Of a stretch of DNA of 64,000 nt, positions 1 to 12,412 are shown one piece after another (within the stretch, counting starts at the first letter, position 1; the number at the start of each line of letters is the position of its first letter). The DNA lies in assembly GCA_002633005.1 (NCBI GenBank), contig NMRA01000120.1:315056-379055 (forward strand), read 5' to 3'. The translations under genes and the position numbers were made by a program. Origin of the DNA: Phoronis australis (taxonomy: Eukaryota > Animalia > Phoronida). The notes beneath the pieces are model-generated. The model did no database searches, had not been told where the DNA came from, and saw nothing but the letters and a program-made list of their open reading frames with translations.

Positions 1-693
1 TATTTGCACTAGGTCACTAATTTGGAACACGTCGCTAATTTTGGCTTCCTTACTTGGACTCACGGAGTTCTCGGGATTATACGTGAAGAATAACAAGAAC
101 ACGTGCATTTCCAGTTCCTCACACAGGCTCAGAGAGACGGACTGTGGGAAATGTGCTCATAACTAATATTTCGTAGGCTACGGTAAAGTTCCTCCAAACT
201 CGAGCCAAAGAATTACCGTAATCGCACTTTTTGAAACTTCAGTACATTGCAAAAACGCTCAAAATGTTACCAACCAAATAAATGGTTAGGAAAACTTATA
301 ATCATTTCATTTTCGTCCAAAAGCAATTTTAATAAACTTTTAGTGTTCTGTGAATTCTAAGATTTTGCTAGATGTAGCACCTGGACGACTCCTCATATTT
401 CGCCATGCGTAATAGCAAATGCAAATACACAAGTCTTGAGAACACATAAGTCAACAAAGTTAAACGCTTTCAAAATTGATTCTAACTTGAAGAGGGCTTG
501 GGAGACCTTTGGCACTTTCGGACTTGAGAATTTGCGACTCATCTATGCTTGGTTTTAAAAGGGAAGCCATTATCCCACCACAATTTGATAGCGGCTCACG
601 GTGTTTGTGTCACTCAGAGCTACGTTCGAATCAACAGATACAAAATTATTGACTTTGGCTTTTAAGTATAACGTATACTTTTCGATCACACCG

Positions 694-2145
694 TCAATGT
701 TCGTATGAAGCTTTTATCATCGGTACATGCAAGCCGCTCGTGCTTGGTCGCGAGTTGGCGCCAGATGATTTCGTCAGCAATGCAACTTGCGTGGCGTGCG
801 CTGCTGTAGTTGACGCGCTCGAATTAAAAGGGGTACCTCTGCCGTCTTTGAAACACTTCTTCAGTCTTAACAATTTCTTAAAGGCGTTCCTAAATTCTCT
901 GTTGAAATAAGCATAGATTAAAGGATTCAAGGACGAATTAATGTAGCCTATCCAGAACAAGAGGGAGACCACGACGTCGGGGGCTTTGCACGTTTCCGGG
1001 TCACAAATCACGTTTGTTATGGTGTACCATAAAAAGAACGGTAGCCAACACATTAAGAAAGCTCCCATTATTATCCCGAGAGTTTTAGCCGCTTTATGCT
1101 CCCTTTTCATCTTTTTACGGCTACTGTGCTCAGCGTGACGGGCGTGTAAATGAGTCTTGAACTGACCACCCAATAGTTGATGGTTTTGATTATTATTTTT
1201 ATATTCTACTGCCGTTTGGAACTGCACGGCATTAGGACTAGCGTTGTAACCATTGGTTGTCTGAGTCTGAGAAACTCCTGAATGTGCGCTTGTGTCCGGC
1301 GACTGGCCATGTTCCACGCCATTTCCGTTGGCGTCAGTCGGGTTGCCGGAAAGTATCACCGAATTGTCACTGTTGCTTTCTAAGCTTGTCCTCTGCAACC
1401 GTATTCCGGCCGCATGTATAGATTTCTCCTGTTTTCTCGCCTCGTTAAAGATCCTGAGATATACTATAACCATGATAAAGGCAGGAATCCAGAAAGACAC
1501 CGACGACGAGACAGCAGCAAACGGACGAGTCACTTCAAATGCACACGAGTTCCGATCCATAAACATCTTTTGGTATAGATGGTTGGGTGTATAGATATGC
1601 GTGTGAATGGGAATGTAGGAGATGAGAAATGACACCAACCACGTGACTGTTAACATCACACCAACACGCGCTTTTGTCATTTTTGAGTCGTAGTGCAGCG
1701 GATGAATAATGGCAATGAACCGGTCTACAGATATACAACAGAGATGCAGTAACGACGCCGTGCTAAAAAGTACGTCGTTTGAATTAAATATATCACAGAC
1801 AATCGTAGAATTTGCACTGTCGAACACCCAACGATCCATGACGACTAAACTGGCGTTGAACGGCATGACCAGGACGGCGACGAGTAAGTCTGCGAGAGCC
1901 AATGAAACTATAAAGTAGTTGGTCAAACATCGCAGGCGATGAAACTTGTACACTGCTGCTACGACGAGACTGTTGCCTATAATAGCACCGAGTATAACCA
2001 CCGCCGTAGCCAAAGCTATGAACACTTTTCCAGTAATGTTCAGGGGATCAGATGTAGTGTTTTGAGAAGACACGTTCTCCGCCATATCGTACACGCCACT
2101 TGTGCCATTTCGTGATTCAGTATTTTCACGAAAGAGTACATCCAT
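694..2145 (-). CDS. OctbetaR: Beta-adrenergic-like octopamine receptor (class A aminergic GPCR), 483 aa from first in-frame ATG; coding region intronless
   Basis: Seven TM segments with class A motifs: GNSLV (TM1), SLALADLLV (TM2), CDIFNSNDVLFSTASLLHLCCISVDRF (TM3, Asp3.32), SSSVSFWIP (TM5), KREHKAAKTLGIIMGAFLMCWLPFFLWY (TM6), FWIGYINSSLNPLIYAYFNREFR (TM7/H8). These match OctbetaR / Aplysia Apoa1-type signatures. The ORF-track start at 2181 is TTG preceded by an in-frame TGA; the first ATG is 2145 and an alternative is 2085. Confidence 0.93.
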   Translation of the reverse strand: MDVLFRENTESRNGTSGVYDMAENVSSQNTTSDPLNITGKVFIALATAVVILGAIIGNSLVVAAVYKFHRLRCLTNYFIVSLALADLLVAVLVMPFNASLVVMDRWVFDSANSTIVCDIFNSNDVLFSTASLLHLCCISVDRFIAIIHPLHYDSKMTKARVGVMLTVTWLVSFLISYIPIHTHIYTPNHLYQKMFMDRNSCAFEVTRPFAAVSSSVSFWIPAFIMVIVYLRIFNEARKQEKSIHAAGIRLQRTSLESNSDNSVILSGNPTDANGNGVEHGQSPDTSAHSGVSQTQTTNGYNASPNAVQFQTAVEYKNNNQNHQLLGGQFKTHLHARHAEHSSRKKMKREHKAAKTLGIIMGAFLMCWLPFFLWYTITNVICDPETCKAPDVVVSLLFWIGYINSSLNPLIYAYFNREFRNAFKKLLRLKKCFKDGRGTPFNSSASTTAAHATQVALLTKSSGANSRPSTSGLHVPMIKASYEH

Positions 2146-2167
2146 CGTCAGAACAGCGCTCCAGCAT
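2126..2167 (-). promoter_or_regulatory. uORF2 (MLERCSDDGCTLS*) overlapping the first receptor ATG, in Kozak-like context
   Basis: ccgccATGctggagcgc...ctttcgTGA; out of frame with the CDS, spans ATG2145 and stops before ATG2085. Confidence 0.6.
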
Positions 2168-2192
2168 GGCGGATTATCCAACTGTCCAACAT
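2148..2192 (-). promoter_or_regulatory. uORF1 (MLDSWIIRHAGALF*) ending 2 nt before the receptor ATG
   Basis: ATG TTG GAC AGT TGG ATA ATC CGC CAT GCT GGA GCG CTG TTC TGA cg ATG read directly from the minus strand. Confidence 0.6.
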
Positions 2193-2314
2193 AGCGTCAA
2201 AACTATAAATTTCCGGAACAGTATTCTAACAGCTTCCACAAGAATGTTAACTAACTGCCTTTTTTAAGTAGAACTCTTGAGTCTGCTCGCCAAATTAGTG
2301 TTCCCGTCTGTTAA

Positions 2315-2340
2315 CTGAAAAAAAACAACAAATAAGAACA
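2315..2340 (-). promoter_or_regulatory. 3' splice acceptor of a 5'UTR intron of the receptor gene (coding exon begins at 2314)
   Basis: Minus strand reads tgttcttatttgttgttttttttcag|ttaac: a long U-rich tract plus CAG, ~170 nt upstream of the ATG. Confidence 0.7.
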
Positions 2341-4659
2341 ATCAATCATCGTCGACAACGTAAGAATGAAAATTTCCTAAAGATCTTTCGACGACTTTTT
2401 TAACGAATGACACGAATGAGAACTGGCTAACCATTTTAAAATACCCACGGGAATACACCGTACTCAATAGCTGTGCTGTTTTGAACACGGAAAATCTCTG
2501 GTGACCGATAGCAGAATTAAGAAAGAGACAGAGAGTCAAAATGGACAAATCCGTATTCTGCAACTTGTTAGCCGAGCTCGTGAAATATATTAATAAGCAC
2601 CGGTTGAGCTCAGGTGATATATACTTTCTAGATTCCCGGCAAAACAATTACAATTTAACTACGCTTTCCGTCTTGATAATCTATTGAATTACCGCGGATC
2701 ATGGCTGCAGCTGCAAATTAAGGAAAAGCCCAAATACATGCAGTGCAACGCACTGGATGTCGTCTCAGACCAAAGTGGTATATTTATAATTCCGTACAAT
2801 GGATGTATGTTAAATATCGCTAAATTTATTGATTGGCTAATTCGTTTACCAGTTTTCATAAACATATTTTCATGGTAACAAAACTAGGACGGGAGAAATG
2901 CGCGGCCCGTGATTCCTTAACTAAACAAACATAATGAAAAACAACGATTTACGTAAACAATGCATTTCAGTCTGTTTTTCACTGAAATCAACGAATGCAC
3001 GTTATTAATCGATATCCTCACATTCGGCATCTACGCATGGTTACATTGTTAGGGACGTTATAACAATTGCAGTAAATTAACATTAACAAATCTGTGCTAT
3101 ACAGAAACGTATTAAACGAACTAGCAGCAACACATTATCTCGATTTCCCGAGACTACCCGACATTTAGCACCGCCGGGGTGAAAGTAATCATATACAAAT
3201 CATGCAACAAAGACAACAGTTATTTAAGAACTAATTACGAAACGTCAGTTTATACAAACTTGTAACGGTTGGTGGGGCGATATGGGGGCCCGAACAATGA
3301 CGCAGTCGTATACCATGGAGAGGTATAGCCATATTTTTCGGAAGGTACCTACCGACCTCTGGAATAGATGTGGGAAATCGAAGACAACTGTATTTACCTG
3401 CATCGTGGACACCATAAATTGAGAAAAACCAATGACACGTGGCATTCGTCTTACAAGCATTGGGCAGAAAGCCAAACTAAATGCATGCTCCGTTTCAATA
3501 ATGTACGTTATTTTTGGTTACCATTTCTCATCTGGTGTACCATGACAATGCAAGTACGAGTTATGCCCAATGATCAATTTTCCGCGTCTTTGGTGTCTAC
3601 CTGCTTCAAATTGAAGGTTTTCTTTTTCGTTGATTTGCCTTTTAAAATGGATACTAACCCTATTTTAAACAACCTAGCCTTCGAATAAAGAACACACAGA
3701 CACTCAGAATTACAAAAATTAGTGGAAGTTACATTCGTATCATTTAGTTTATCTAGATGTCTTTTTACACACTAGTCATAGCAGAATACAATGAAATGAC
3801 ACGCATGTACTACAATCTAGACTGATTCATGAGTTCTGCCCCAGATAATCCACGACCTCGTGAGATTCCATTCAAGGTCAAGGTCACCATAAGGTAGCTG
3901 TTGTTTTCAAATGTTCTAATTATCACCACAAGTTAACCAGTAGCGCTAAGTGTTGAATAAACACAAAAAGCTGTAGAGAGTATTTGGCAGAGACCTCAAA
4001 CCTCAAAAATGGGTTACCATACTTCCATGAATGCCGGGCACGCAAAGTACCCCAATTTCTAACGCACAGAGAAATCTCACCCGAAATGCTACGAGTCAAG
4101 GACATGTGGTTCAAGGATTCAAGTAATTTTGTCAAAGATTATCAACGATTTTTAAACGCTTGAACCACTTCGCGATATGTCAGATATCCTCGGGCAAGAT
4201 AATTGCTCATCTCGTTGGTGGCGTGAAACATATGCGCTAATAACTAAGTCCAGCTGGTGCACGCAGTAGAAAACACCACCGGCGGTTTTTTCTAAGGTAC
4301 AAGTCACCTACTGACCAGGGCTAATGCGTTATTGGGGCAACCAACTTCGTGACCTTGTCGTAACGTTTCAATCGTGTTGTGGGAAATTTGAAAATAACAA
4401 ATACAAATGTCTGCACATGCATTATCGTTTGCGCTCACAATGCACAATGGCCACCGAATTTCCATAGTAAGCACGGTGCCTAACATAAACAGAAGTGAAA
4501 TTGTCTGTGAGGAGCCAGTGCGAAAGAACTCATTTGGCGTAAAAGCTAAATGTGATTAAAACCCTAATACATATGTGGCAAAAAGAAAATTAACCATTTT
4601 GGCAAGTCACAGGGATTGGTCTGTTAAAGTTGATGACCTCAACTTTATTAGGAAGCTTG

Positions 4660-4905
4660 ATAAACCAAAACGTATTGGAAACTGTTTGCTGGATACTGAA
4701 CCACGATGGTAGACAAACACGAAATTCTGACATGGTGTGGCATCGGCAAACCTGTACAACCGGTACTACAAGAAAGCAGAATTCATACGAAGGCTATCGG
4801 CAAGCGCTTCATACAGAGTGGGCAATTTTTTTCTTGGAAATGTTCTAGTCAATGGCAGTGGTGGACCACTAAAAGGTGTGTTATAATGATAAACTTCCAA
4901 CTGTT
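4660..4905 (+). pseudogene. Possible decayed KolX / P2X7-ballast-like C-terminal fragment (transposon-derived)
   Basis: Frameshifted pieces ETVCWILNH ... YEGYRQ ... W...FLG ... RCVIMINF resemble the remembered family motif (F.AVCLN ... YAAYRQF..W..GFLG ... P.CVV..IR). Heavily degenerate. Confidence 0.3.
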
Positions 4906-5018
4906 CTTAGAAGGGTGCTCCATGTCAGCATTGATATTGAGATTAATTCCTTGACACAAAAAGTTCCTAGGAGATGTCAGTATTCTGTAGAGAGTCTAGA
5001 AACTCGTAGCTCACGTAT

Positions 5019-5088
5019 CATGGGCGGCGCACCATAGGGGGCTGGGGGAGCTATAGCCCCCACTTTTTTCAGTGCTGCGCCGCCCGTA
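5019..5088. mobile_element. 70-bp GC-rich miniature inverted-repeat element (hAT-like CA...TG type), 5-bp TSD cgtat
   Basis: TIRs catgggcggcgca / tgcgccgcccgta flanked by cgtat on both sides. Related copies at 12413-12487 and 60352-60430. Confidence 0.7.
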
Positions 5089-5669
5089 CGTATACGACAG
5101 TAATGTTGCATTATGTGTATGTGATGTACATTTAATATGTTTTCACGTAAGGTGATGTATTTATAAAATATTTTTTTTCGTCTATGTTATGTGTACGGTA
5201 TCCAAAAAATGTACACAAAATATTCAAAAATAAAAGTACCAGGAAATTGTTTAACCGGGAACTGATGATGTTTTTCGCATTTCGAGAATCCCAAACTTTA
5301 CTTTCCAAAGCGCAAAAGTTACAAAAGGTGACACAACGCTGAAGTTGAGAAAAGTGGTATGGCTGTACACATTCTAGAAAAAATACGCTCGTCGTTTCTC
5401 TGCAATTAGCATCAGATGTGTCATTTTTCGTAACTTCTGTGTAGTACAAAGGAAATTTCGGGATTTGTGGAATAAAAAAATGTCGATTGCGAGTAAAACT
5501 ATTTTGTGGTATTCATATTCAAAAGTATTTATGAACATATTTTGGTACGCCCTGTATATAATATGCGTAAGATGAAGTTACAAGCATGCACGTGTGCGTA
5601 TGTATGCGCGTGCATGCTTGCATAAGTGTCTTTGTATATACACTCACTGCCTATAACTGCAAAAATTGA

Positions 5670-5945
5670 AAAAAATAAGTAATCTTTTATTTACAACATG
5701 TTTTACATAAGGCTAGTTTGGAGCTACATTTGGGTTAAAATAATAAACAATCTCTTGCTTCGACAATTTCTACATAAAACTAATGTGAAAATACATTTGG
5801 GTTAAAACACTGCCTAGTCTTTTGCTTCGACATGTTTCACATAAAACGTAGCCTCTTGCTTATGACAGAAAAACAGTTGCAATATGCGTTTATGTTAAAA
5901 CATGAAATAGCCTCTTGTTTGAGACATGTTCTGCACATAAAAAAT
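5670..5945. repeat. Degenerate tandem repeat, ~60-66 bp unit
   Basis: Recurring tacatttgggttaaaa ... ctcttgcttcgaca ... acataaaac modules. Confidence 0.55.
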
Positions 5946-6637
5946 TGAAGAGATTCACTTGAGAGCATCGCATGTAGTACACTGGCAACACGAAGATTAG
6001 AAGTACAAAGAAAATCGTTCACAATAGACCAGTTAGTAAACCAGGCTCTTGTCTTCCAAATTGATTATTAAGAATTATTCCTATGGTGATAGTTTACATT
6101 ATTATAAATGCGTCAACATTGAATAACATATCGATTAGTGAGTTGAGGCCTTAAATCATATACCCACTTCGTTTACGAAGAAAACAAGTCAGTCGGAACA
6201 GCCGCGCATCTTTTCATTTTTTTTCAAGGAAATACGTTTGAGCTATAAATAATCGTTCACGATCTCTTTATTAGTAAACAAAACAGCTGTTGGCAAAAAC
6301 AAATTGTTTCACTTTACTCAGTTGACTATCGGTGTTGATCAAAGCAAGTGTCCACTATGTACATGAATCAAAGTAACCAATGCTAACAAGTGGTCGACAT
6401 TACTGGCGGGGCATTCCAGTTCCATGAGTCGAAAACTTCATTTTATCTGTTTCATTTGACTTAAAAAGCCGAGGAACAGCGAGGAAAGAATTGCGCCTGT
6501 AAACACGTGTTCCTTCCAAGAAACGAAATTTTTATCTATACATCTCACCGCTATTTAATCTGTCTCAATTTATTCTTTACTCGGACGAGGAGTCATTTTC
6601 AGATTTGCAAGATGCAGATAGTTCGTTATATAATTCC

Positions 6638-6795
6638 TTGAGACCATGCTGGGCACATAAAATGACACGCAGTGACAAGCCAACTTGTATAGCCTGATCT
6701 CGAGAAATAGCGATCTTTCAGTTCTTTCAAAGTCTAATTTCATAATGGCAAGTAGTCTATATCAAATTTTGGTTTTGGAAGACGGGTTTATTGCC
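6638..6795 (+). repeat. Dispersed repeat; copies at ~10325-10510 (+) and ~19140-19179 (-)
   Basis: ttgagaccatgctgggcacataaaatgacacgcagtgacaagccaac vs ctgagactatgctaggcgcataaaatgacacgccgtgtcaagccaaa. Confidence 0.65.
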
Positions 6796-8095
6796 GCTTT
6801 AAAAGTGACCACAAAATCATTTCACTTTCCAATTTGTAAGCACGCTTTAGAAACGTTCGACCCAGAACATTTAGAATAAAAAACATCGCTGCAAGTTCCA
6901 CTTATTGAAGACGAATTTAGGTTTTATGTCTTCTACTTGAACGCAACGAATTCACATTTGTAGACAGTGCATCTTGCTGGGCCATAGAAACTCCCTTCCG
7001 GTTAACAATTACGTCACCGTGTTCCTGGGTGGCGCGAGTGCGGAGACAGTGGCTATATATGGCAATCATTTCAGGTGACGTCCACTATGACTTTGCCAAC
7101 ATCAAGGAAATTCTTTGTTTCATAAAGAATAATTTTAATTGTTCTTCGCGCTTTTGTTAATGACTGTCGTGTTGTTATAGATGACAGATGACTGTATTAA
7201 AGAGGCTATCTATGCCTTATTGCAGCCAATTCATTAGATTTTTTTACAAGAACCAACGAGTTTCTAACGAAGTCAAAGGCCAGTTCGCGCGTTATTAAAC
7301 ACTCGGATCAAATAAACACGCAAAAGGACATGCGTGAACGATCTTTAATTTAAACCGACAATGTGCGCCAATTATTTGAGAACGAGGAAAAGCCGTACTA
7401 TTAACATCTCTAGCTAACAATCGATAAAAATCAAGTCGCCGGAATGTTGGTAATACATCGGTATTAAACCCTCGACAAAGCAATGCTGATGCAGAGCTAG
7501 ACCATAAATAATGAACAACGCTCTACTTTTAAGCAGAAATAACCTGTAAGAAAAGAATGCAGCGTGCACATAGAAAACATGTCTTGATTTTTTTAAATAT
7601 CCGTCCCGGTATCCTGGTTCATTATAGGTATTTTTCTATAGATGTGGAATCGGGGCACTATTTAACGTGGGGTAATGACGCTGGGCTTCGATGAAATGTC
7701 AACTCATGTGTGGGTGATTAAACAATATTTGTTCTCTCCGTTACTACAAAAATACTCGGCAGTTCACCTACATTAAACTCTGCCAGTATCAGGAGGGGGA
7801 TACCATGATATTTTTAGAGATCGTCTTTGAGCAAACTGTTAGAGGAGTCAAAATGTTCCAAGCTCAGCACTTTGTGCTTTCCGATCTCAGGAGACAGGAT
7901 ACAACATTTTCGCGGAAAATACCCAATGGAAAACAAAAAGTGGAGGATGACATTTTATCACATGCTCTCTCAAGAGAATAGAATCATCACAGTTTTATCG
8001 GAAGAGGAGCCGGGAATACACTCCATTCACTGGTTGCTCACTAACTGAATATAAGGTGACATTTTGAGCGAAGATATCTAGCAAAAAGGAACAAT

Positions 8096-9080
8096 TTCCG
8101 AAAAAACCCTGTCAAAGGGTAGCACTCTGTTGGTAGCGACCGTATTAGGGGAGAAAACAGTGTAAACGAAAACGCTTACGACGAGGTAAGACTTTCAACC
8201 CAACCAGTACAAAAATTGGATGAGTGAATCATCGATTTTTTCCGTAAAAGCAGTAAAAAAAAAATAACATTTTGGTATCCACTCGGGTAACAACAGAGTA
8301 GGACTTCATGCAAACCTGGTCTGGTTAGCGTTCCGTAAAACAAGTTTCTTGCGAGAAAAGCGAGATCACGTAAGACCACGCAAAATCACGAGAGAGACAG
8401 GCGAGCATTTCGCGAGTATGTTCGAAAGTTACAAGCGTAACTTTGCAAAGTGGCGGCCATTGAAGTGAAGCTGGAACGTCGAATAATGAGATATCATTAA
8501 TAAACTGTGGGAAAGGATTCCCAACTCCCGTTCCATTAGCGAAACTATGTCGCCGCAAACTATGGTCCTAACAATGAAATGAATGACCNTTCCGAAAAAA
8601 CCCTGTCAAAGGGTAGCACTCTGTTGGTAACGACCGTATTAGGGGAGAAAATAGTGTAAACGAAAACGCTTACGACGAGGTAAGACTTTCAACCCAACCA
8701 GTACAAAAATTGGATGAGTGAATCATCGATTTTTTCCGTAAAAGCAGTAAAAAAAATAACATTTTGGTATCCACTCGGGTAACAACAGAGTAGGACTTCA
8801 TGCAAACCTGGTCTGGTTAGCGTTCCGTAAAACAAGTTTCTTGCGAGAAAAGCGAGATCACGTAAGACCACGCAAAATCACGAGAGAGACAGGCGAGCAT
8901 TTCGCGAGTATGTTCGAAAGTTACAAGCGTAACTTTGCAAAGTGGCGGCCATTGAAGTGAAGCTGGAACGTCGAATAATGAGATATCATTAATAAACTGT
9001 GGGAAAGGATTCCCAACTCCCGTTCCATTAGCGAAACTATGTCGCCGCAAACTATGGTCCTAACAATGAAATGAATGACC
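8096..9080. repeat. ~490-bp near-identical tandem duplication across a single N (probable haplotype/scaffolding artefact)
   Basis: 8096-8588 and 8590-9080 differ only by a few SNPs and homopolymer lengths, and are separated by exactly one n at 8589. Confidence 0.85.
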
Positions 9081-9440
9081 ACACTCACGTTCTTCTCACA
9101 AATGACTGCATGGCATGGTCCTCACAACTATTCAGTAGGCATCTTATGGGTCCTGGTCTTGGGCTGCCTTCCGTAGACGCAAGGCATTAGCCATGCACTT
9201 GCGACGAGAAATCTCATTCAAGGAAAGAAAACAGTGATTTCTTTCTCATAATTCATGAATTCTGTCCCATAATTCAACATTCCAACCTCACTGACCGATC
9301 ACTTTTTCACCAATTTGCTAGGTGACCCTATAAGGCCCCGAGCACACCCACTAAACACTCGCCTTTTCACACGCGTGATTCTGCGAGGTCTTGTGGGATC
9401 TTTCTTCTGCGCGAGTTTCTCGCGTTTACGGAACTTTACT
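8817..9440. mobile_element. Degenerate MITE with ~80-bp imperfect inverted repeats; relative at ~21343-22142
   Basis: gcgttccgtaaaac...aagaccacgcaaaatcacgagagagacaggc is inverted at 9361-9437. The same motif (ggctgcgttccatagacgc...aagaccacgcaaaatc) occurs at 21344. Confidence 0.55.
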
Positions 9441-12412
9441 TCGATTATGCGTACACCTTTGGTTGAAAGCGAACAAACAAGTGGGGGGCTAACAAGTTAC
9501 AAATACTGAAAACACGTCCCACGTCACAGTAGGTACTAGTAAGGCAGAAGTAGCGCCCAATATGTTTGGAAAATCCGTATATGAGGGCTCCTGAATTTAT
9601 CATCTAAGGGGACAACTGCACGGGGATCTCCTGTCTACTCCCGGCGATTTGTTACATTGACTACCAGTATCGAGGGAGTATAACGTACGCGAGTCATGAT
9701 GGCAGTGTTGACAGCACTAACTGCCAGTTGTTGCCCGGTGATATCGACGGACATATGTTAATACAGAAAAGACATGGATACATTGGTTAATTTTGACAGC
9801 TTCTGGTATTTTGAGCAATTTTTACAGAAAACAGCAGTTGCATGGTAACCTGATATTTTTGCCATTTTGTTGTGGATAGTCGTTGAGCCACTTAAACTAT
9901 CTCAAGCATGTGTTGGGAAACGTAAACCACGTCATAGTGTGCTGCACGCACATGTATATGCCGCCATTATCATACAGTTTACGACAGAAATAACAACGTA
10001 GAACAATAACGTCAATGTATAGCAATTGGGTCAAAAAATAACATAACTGGTTCTGTCCTGTCCACGACTCTTTGTTGAAAGCTTTGTCTCAATGCTTACA
10101 GAAAAAGAACGATCTCGATCCATTTTAGGTGCCATCACGCTTGGTTGTTCTTGAAAATATGAACAAGTAAAAATTCGCATCACCGTGTCAATTTTCAAAA
10201 AACACAGACCGGAACCTATCATGCACTATTTTTTGGGGGAGGATTATTTTCAAACACGCGAACTACGGATTCAGGCCATTTGCCGCTATAAAATCGGTTT
10301 CAACTTTTTCAGTTCGTTATTCGCTGAGACTATGCTAGGCGCATAAAATGACACGCCGTGTCAAGCCAAATTGTGCAGCTTGGTCTCAAGGCAATTCTTT
10401 GGATGGCTTGAAATCATCCCAATGATCAATTGAGTATAATTTCATAACGATCAGTGGTCTATAACAAAATTTATAGTTTTGTTGGGGAAGGTGGGATTAT
10501 AGCCGATTTAAATGCAAAAAACATCGCGTAATCTCGTGTGACTTTTCAAGTGTCATCGAAATTTTAGAAAAAAAATAACCACTATGTTGCTGTTCCTCGT
10601 TTGATCGATCACTTTGCCCCCTAAGGTCCCTGGCTACACAACAATAGCAACAACACACAAAATGTGGTAGAGCTCAACATCGCGTGTGCTTTCCATCACT
10701 GACAAGCCTGAATTATACATCCTAGACCTACAGCCGATACATCAGATCTAAACGATAACACAGAACTCACCCGTAATGACAAGAAGCAGAATTTATGACA
10801 GATCACCAAACTTCCAACAAGGTAATGACATCGACTGAGTACATGGCAAAGTAAACACTGCTGACATTTTGTAATACAAATCCAGAAACACTAGTTCACT
10901 TCACTCTCAGCTTCACTCAACATCACATACACATTCATGTTTGATCACGTAGTTAACTGAAGTTTTCCAATTCCCTGTACAGGCTAGTAAACACGTATTG
11001 GTAGCCGGCTTGAATAGACGCTGATTATTGTCGATTGATAATAGGTAGAGGGCAGAAAAATAGAAGTCGTGGTTAAAAAGAGTCTGGTTTTCTATACCTG
11101 GCCATGACCCCGACCTGATCTTTTACCTATATTTATATACACTCCTGTCTAAGTTATAAACTGAATACAATACGCCAGCAAAATTTCACCCACTTACCAA
11201 AAGTTCTGTTAGACCATGAAGTTAAACAGTTAGCCGCAGTTACAACTTCAAGAAACTCCCTGTTAATGTTTACCGCAACTGCCCGAGGAAATTCACGCGT
11301 CGTTATAGTGGTTATACCCTGCTTCCATGAAAACATCTTGCTCTCCTTGGCCGGCACAGAATCGCCTCAACAAAGATTCAGGCATGACCTTCCCGTGACA
11401 TTCTGAATATAAGTTGTCTTCAAAAATAACAGAAAACACAAAAATGCGCACCTCAGTAGTATGAGCGTTCATCCACTTGGCGTTTATCTATGCTCGTTAC
11501 CCGTTTGATGTTGACCTCAATTTGTTCGTGGTATCCTGGCTGAAGAATGATATAAACAGCTTTTCTAACCGCCAGCAAGAAGTACAAGGGATGTCAATCA
11601 ATGAGCGTCTTTCTCGAATCGTTAGTAATACAAACACAATAAAAAATCACAAACCGGTCAATAGGTTAAGACTACATTATTTTGGTTGGCAATGTTATTT
11701 TATTGGCAATAACAATAATGTTCATGTCAGTGTTACTTTATTCATGTGATCATCATAAATTTCAACTCGCCTACTGGGCGCGCATGCAGGCGTAGATTAA
11801 GTGCAACTATCGACGAGTAAAATCTATTTTCCTAATTCGATGTGATATGACAAACTAAGTGAATTGGCCCGAAGGGCGTTCCGAATGCATTTTGATGGTA
11901 TTCTAGTTGTGGCCAACTCAAATGTTTTGTCCACTTTATCATCAAACGCTTTTGAAGTGCATTTGAAGAATTATTAATCAGCATTTAAAGCACATTTTAT
12001 ATTGTATTTTTCTGCAGTTTTAATATTCTTACGACATTATAACAGCATTCTAAACATTCTGATCGTGTTCGCCGATGGGAAAACCTACCAGAATCTCACC
12101 GCGGCAAGTATGACGTAGATAAGCTTGAATGGACCTCAAGAGCCTCCAAGGTGTATCACATGTGTATGTGCAAATCATGACAGCAAAGAGATTTGGTTAA
12201 GAGACGGCTAAAATCCTGGCTGAAGTCTAGCAGGTCTCAAAAGCCGTACGCTGCCTGTTATCACAGGATTATACCGGCGCATTTCGAGGCTCACATGACA
12301 TGTCGTACTGTTTGAAGTTGGTATACGCACAGATATGGAACACACCCGAGCACGCTCATTTGATACAAGTCGTCATTTTCCGTACGATGTTATAATCTAC
12401 AAATATGAGTTG

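Noticed and set aside
1292-1918. Short ORFs antisense to or overlapping the GPCR
   Set aside because: Shadow ORFs of a real coding strand with no recognisable motifs.
2146-2181. ORF-track N-terminal extension MDNPPCWSAVLT
   Set aside because: Starts at TTG; eukaryotic initiation is expected at ATG2145 or ATG2085.
3315-3480. Possible Gypsy pol fragment (TDL...DTIN*EKP...)
   Set aside because: Similarity too weak and short; no supporting RT motifs or LTRs.
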